DNA of 64,000 nucleotides from Patescibacteria group bacterium (GTDB lineage Bacteria; Patescibacteriota; Microgenomatia; UBA8517): NCBI GenBank assembly GCA_026416845.1, contig JAOAEL010000001.1, positions 318 to 64,317 of the forward strand, read 5' to 3'. Shown piece by piece: positions 61,163 to 64,000 of this stretch (position 1 is its first letter; each line of letters starts with the position of its first letter). The notes under the pieces were generated by a model. It saw only the letters and a program-made list of their open reading frames with translations, ran no database searches and was not told where the DNA came from. The position numbers and the translations under genes were made by a program.

Positions 61163-62570
61163 AATGATATTTGTATATGTCTCCAGCTCCCATAGTTATA
61201 ACAACATCGTTTCTCATAACATTTTTGTCTAACCAAGCATCAATTTCTGAAACACCACCAATGTAAAATGAATTTTTGTTCATAGTTTTAATTTTATCAA
61301 CAAGCAACTTGGAATTAACGCTATCATCTTTTTCCTCTCTTGCCGAGGAAAATATATCTACTAAGCCAACAACATCTGATTTGGAAAGCGCAAATGAAAA
61401 ATCATCAAACAATGCCTTGGTTCTTGAATAAGTATGAGGTTGAAACAACACAATAATCCTTCTGCCACTAAACCATTCCCTGGCGGCATGTATTGTGTTT
61501 AGTATTTCTTTTGGGTGATGAGCGTAGTCATCAACATATGTGATACCATTTTGCGTTTTCACAATTTCAAACCTCCTCCGACAACCCAAATAAGACTCCA
61601 ATCCCAAAATGATATCATCAACATTTATCCCCACATGCTTACCTACAATAAAACTTGCCAGGGCATTTAAAGCATTAAACCTGCCAGGCACTGATAGCTT
61701 AAATTCATATTTAATTCTTCCATTTATTATCCGACAAAGCGCTTTTTGGGAATCTAGATAATAATTCTGAATTCTAAAATCAGCGTTTTCTGAAAAACCA
61801 TAAGTAATCACTTTGCATTTAAGATTGTCTAACAAGCTTGCAACATTAGAGTTATTAACACAGGCAACCAGAAGTCCATCTCTCGGCAATTTCTCAAAAG
61901 CTAACCTAAACGCTTTTTTTGTCTCCGCAAAGGAATGATAAATATCTGGGTGATCATACTCTATATTCGTAACAACTAAAATTTTATGATTTATCAGATA
62001 AAACTTAGGTCTATTATCAACTCCGGGGGAAACCGCATATTCGTCAGATTCGCAAACAAAAAATTTGCCATCCTTTTCGTAATGTCCGGGGAATCCAAGA
62101 GGAAATATGCCTCCAACACCAACAATATATGAAGGCTTTAAATGTGCATAATCAAATAAATTTGCAATCATAGCTGAAGTTGTAGATTTTCCACCAACAC
62201 CACATACCCCTATAACATCTTTTGTATTTGCCAAATTCGCCATAAACTGAGCATAACTAAACACTGGTATTCCCCTGTTCTTTGCCGATATTACCTCGGG
62301 ATTTTTTAAGCCACCATGAGCCGCAGTAAAAACAAGCGCGTTAATATCATCATCAACATTAGAAGGAGAAAAACCAATCTTCCAACTTATATTTCTCTTT
62401 CGCAATACTTCATCGGTAACAAACTCATCTGAAACATCGCTACCGGAGACTTCACAACCAGCATCAACCAAACAAAGCGCTAATGCAGTCATCCCAACCC
62501 CTTTTATACCAGTTAAATGAATTTTTTTTAAATCTTTTAAAAAATTTGGAGGATAGTAATCCATCATCAA
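61131..62570 (-). CDS. murC: UDP-N-acetylmuramate--L-alanine ligase
   Basis: N-terminal IHLTGIKGVGMTALA and P-loop GVCGVGGKSTT. Confidence 0.85.
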   Translation of the reverse strand: MMMDYYPPNFLKDLKKIHLTGIKGVGMTALALCLVDAGCEVSGSDVSDEFVTDEVLRKRNISWKIGFSPSNVDDDINALVFTAAHGGLKNPEVISAKNRGIPVFSYAQFMANLANTKDVIGVCGVGGKSTTSAMIANLFDYAHLKPSYIVGVGGIFPLGFPGHYEKDGKFFVCESDEYAVSPGVDNRPKFYLINHKILVVTNIEYDHPDIYHSFAETKKAFRLAFEKLPRDGLLVACVNNSNVASLLDNLKCKVITYGFSENADFRIQNYYLDSQKALCRIINGRIKYEFKLSVPGRFNALNALASFIVGKHVGINVDDIILGLESYLGCRRRFEIVKTQNGITYVDDYAHHPKEILNTIHAAREWFSGRRIIVLFQPHTYSRTKALFDDFSFALSKSDVVGLVDIFSSAREEKDDSVNSKLLVDKIKTMNKNSFYIGGVSEIDAWLDKNVMRNDVVITMGAGDIYKYHYAQPSKKYKK

Positions 62571-63856
62571 TCAAACTCTTTTATCTCTACACCTAATTTA
62601 TGAAGATTTTCTTTGAAGTTTGGATGTCCCCTATACAAAGCATCGGCATTTAATATAGTAGTCTGTCCTTCAGCAATCAGAGCGCACATCACCATCGATA
62701 CCACAGCACGAATGATATATGGAGCTTCAAGCTGAGCTCCATGCAATTTCTTCCCGGCGCTAACTATAACTCTATGAGGATCCGCCATTATGATGTTAGC
62801 GCCAAGTTTTGTTAACTCCGAAGTCCAAAAAAGACCAGCTTCGTACATCCAATTATGAAAAAGAACTTGCCCTTTTCTTGCTTTTAAAACAATTGGAATA
62901 AACATCGGCAAAAGATCCACAAGCAACCCCGGCCATGGTTGAGCACGAATTATTAAATAACCAGCTTCGCCAGGGTAAATTCGCGGAAGTTTTTTCTGAT
63001 CTACAATTGAAAATCCTCCTGTGTTTTGAACATGCACGCCCAATTTGGAAAAAATGTAATTTATATGTGTAAATAATTCAGGATGGGTATTTTTTACCTT
63101 TATATAACCACCAGTAGCCGCCGCCAAAGCCAGAAAAGTTGTAATTTCATGGTGATCAGGGTAGATTTCATGAATGCCTTTTTGATTCAAGTATTTATTC
63201 CCGTTTATAGTTAATACACTGGAACCTATGCCCATTATATCTGCTCCACAAGAAACCAAAAAACTACACATCTCTTGAACATTAGGCTCAGAAGCGGCTC
63301 CAATAATAGTTGTTTTCCCTTTTAAACTAGTTGCCAACATTATTATATTTTCGGTAATAGTAGGACTCATTTCCGGTAGCCAAACTTGTGTGGCAAAAGC
63401 TTTTGTCGCATCCATGTAAACTTTTCTTTCCCCATTCTTTACAACCACCCCTAACGCTTTAAAAGAATCATAATGAGGTCCCAACGGCCTTAAACCCAAA
63501 GTGCACCCACCCGGTAAATCTTGGAAACCCACCTTTCCAAATCTCGCAAGCATAGGACCCCATAACAAAGATGTGCCTTTCATGTTTCCTAAATCTTGTT
63601 TATCCAAGTTATCAAACCTAATATTGGAATTATCAATTCTCATTCTCCCATAATTTTTATCCCACTCAATCTTACTTCCCAATTTATTCATTATCTTGCA
63701 TAGCCTATCAACATCCGTTATGTTAGGAACATTTGAAAATTCAACAGGTTTATCAAAAAGTATTGAACAAGGTATAAGAGCAACTATTGAGTTTTTGTTA
63801 CCAGAAGGAATCAATTCGCCATTTACTATCTGACCTCCATTTATTTTTACATGCAT
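62567..63856 (-). CDS. murA: UDP-N-acetylglucosamine 1-carboxyvinyltransferase
   Basis: EPSP-synthase-like fold, N-terminal INGGQ...SGNKNS and catalytic Cys region. Confidence 0.85.
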   Translation of the reverse strand: MHVKINGGQIVNGELIPSGNKNSIVALIPCSILFDKPVEFSNVPNITDVDRLCKIMNKLGSKIEWDKNYGRMRIDNSNIRFDNLDKQDLGNMKGTSLLWGPMLARFGKVGFQDLPGGCTLGLRPLGPHYDSFKALGVVVKNGERKVYMDATKAFATQVWLPEMSPTITENIIMLATSLKGKTTIIGAASEPNVQEMCSFLVSCGADIMGIGSSVLTINGNKYLNQKGIHEIYPDHHEITTFLALAAATGGYIKVKNTHPELFTHINYIFSKLGVHVQNTGGFSIVDQKKLPRIYPGEAGYLIIRAQPWPGLLVDLLPMFIPIVLKARKGQVLFHNWMYEAGLFWTSELTKLGANIIMADPHRVIVSAGKKLHGAQLEAPYIIRAVVSMVMCALIAEGQTTILNADALYRGHPNFKENLHKLGVEIKEFD

Positions 63857-63913
63857 ATTTTTACTTACAAAAAAACAACCCGTACAAAAGATTATACACT
63901 TTTTAAAAAAATT

Positions 63914-64000
63914 TTAGTCTTGATTGTCTGGAGGTATCTTTAAATAAGAAAACAACTGATTCGCGATTTTATACCAAAGCGGAGCAGCAGTTTCTGAAGC
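63914..64000 (-). CDS. 3'-terminal fragment of a minus-strand gene continuing beyond the window (unidentified)
   Basis: The minus-strand frame is open from the window edge and reads ...ASETAAPLWYKIANQLFSYLKIPPDNQD*. Only 29 codons are visible. Confidence 0.25.
   Translation of the reverse strand, partial: ASETAAPLWYKIANQLFSYLKIPPDNQD

Overview
This is an AT-rich (roughly 35% GC), gene-dense bacterial segment with a small-genome, CPR/Patescibacteria-like character and standard genetic code (no in-frame UGA in conserved genes). Most of it is ordinary housekeeping. The 5' end carries the C-terminal bulk of a giant LamG/cadherin-like surface protein, then yraN, rplS, dnaE, a GGDEF protein, gatCAB, an N-domain-less clpB, htpX, lemA, polX and an SDR. 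Next come tRNA-Asp, a triple-LysM protein, tRNA-Gly and tRNA-Thr. A copper-homeostasis module follows (csoR, copA, an HMA-membrane fusion and a cupredoxin-like protein, all minus strand), then a roughly 9-kb surface-glycan cluster (O-antigen-ligase-like, GT2 x3, GT4, Wzx flippase, two SAM methyltransferases). The 3' third is tRNA-Val, lepB, parB, rpmA, rplU, rodA, ileS and a long dcw-type cell-wall/division operon (murA, murC, murB, murE, murD, murF, mraY, ftsW, murG, ftsQ, ftsA, ftsZ). The standout is at 35.8-42.4 kb. It holds a compact YcaO / SagB-type dehydrogenase / E1-like operon, the enzymology of thiazole/oxazole-modified peptides (TOMMs). Its only obvious substrate candidate is an atypical ORF with a Cys/Ser/Thr-rich N-terminal segment (CGPCCSCSCCCC) fused in frame to a 3-4 helix membrane domain. 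Immediately upstream lies a roughly 1-kb island of about 60% GC packed with perfect GC-rich hairpins and a 44-nt polypyrimidine tract, then a 634-aa orphan protein. I could not match the island to RNase P, tmRNA, SRP or common riboswitch signatures, so it is either a novel structured RNA or foreign DNA. No CRISPR array, rRNA or obvious transposase was seen.
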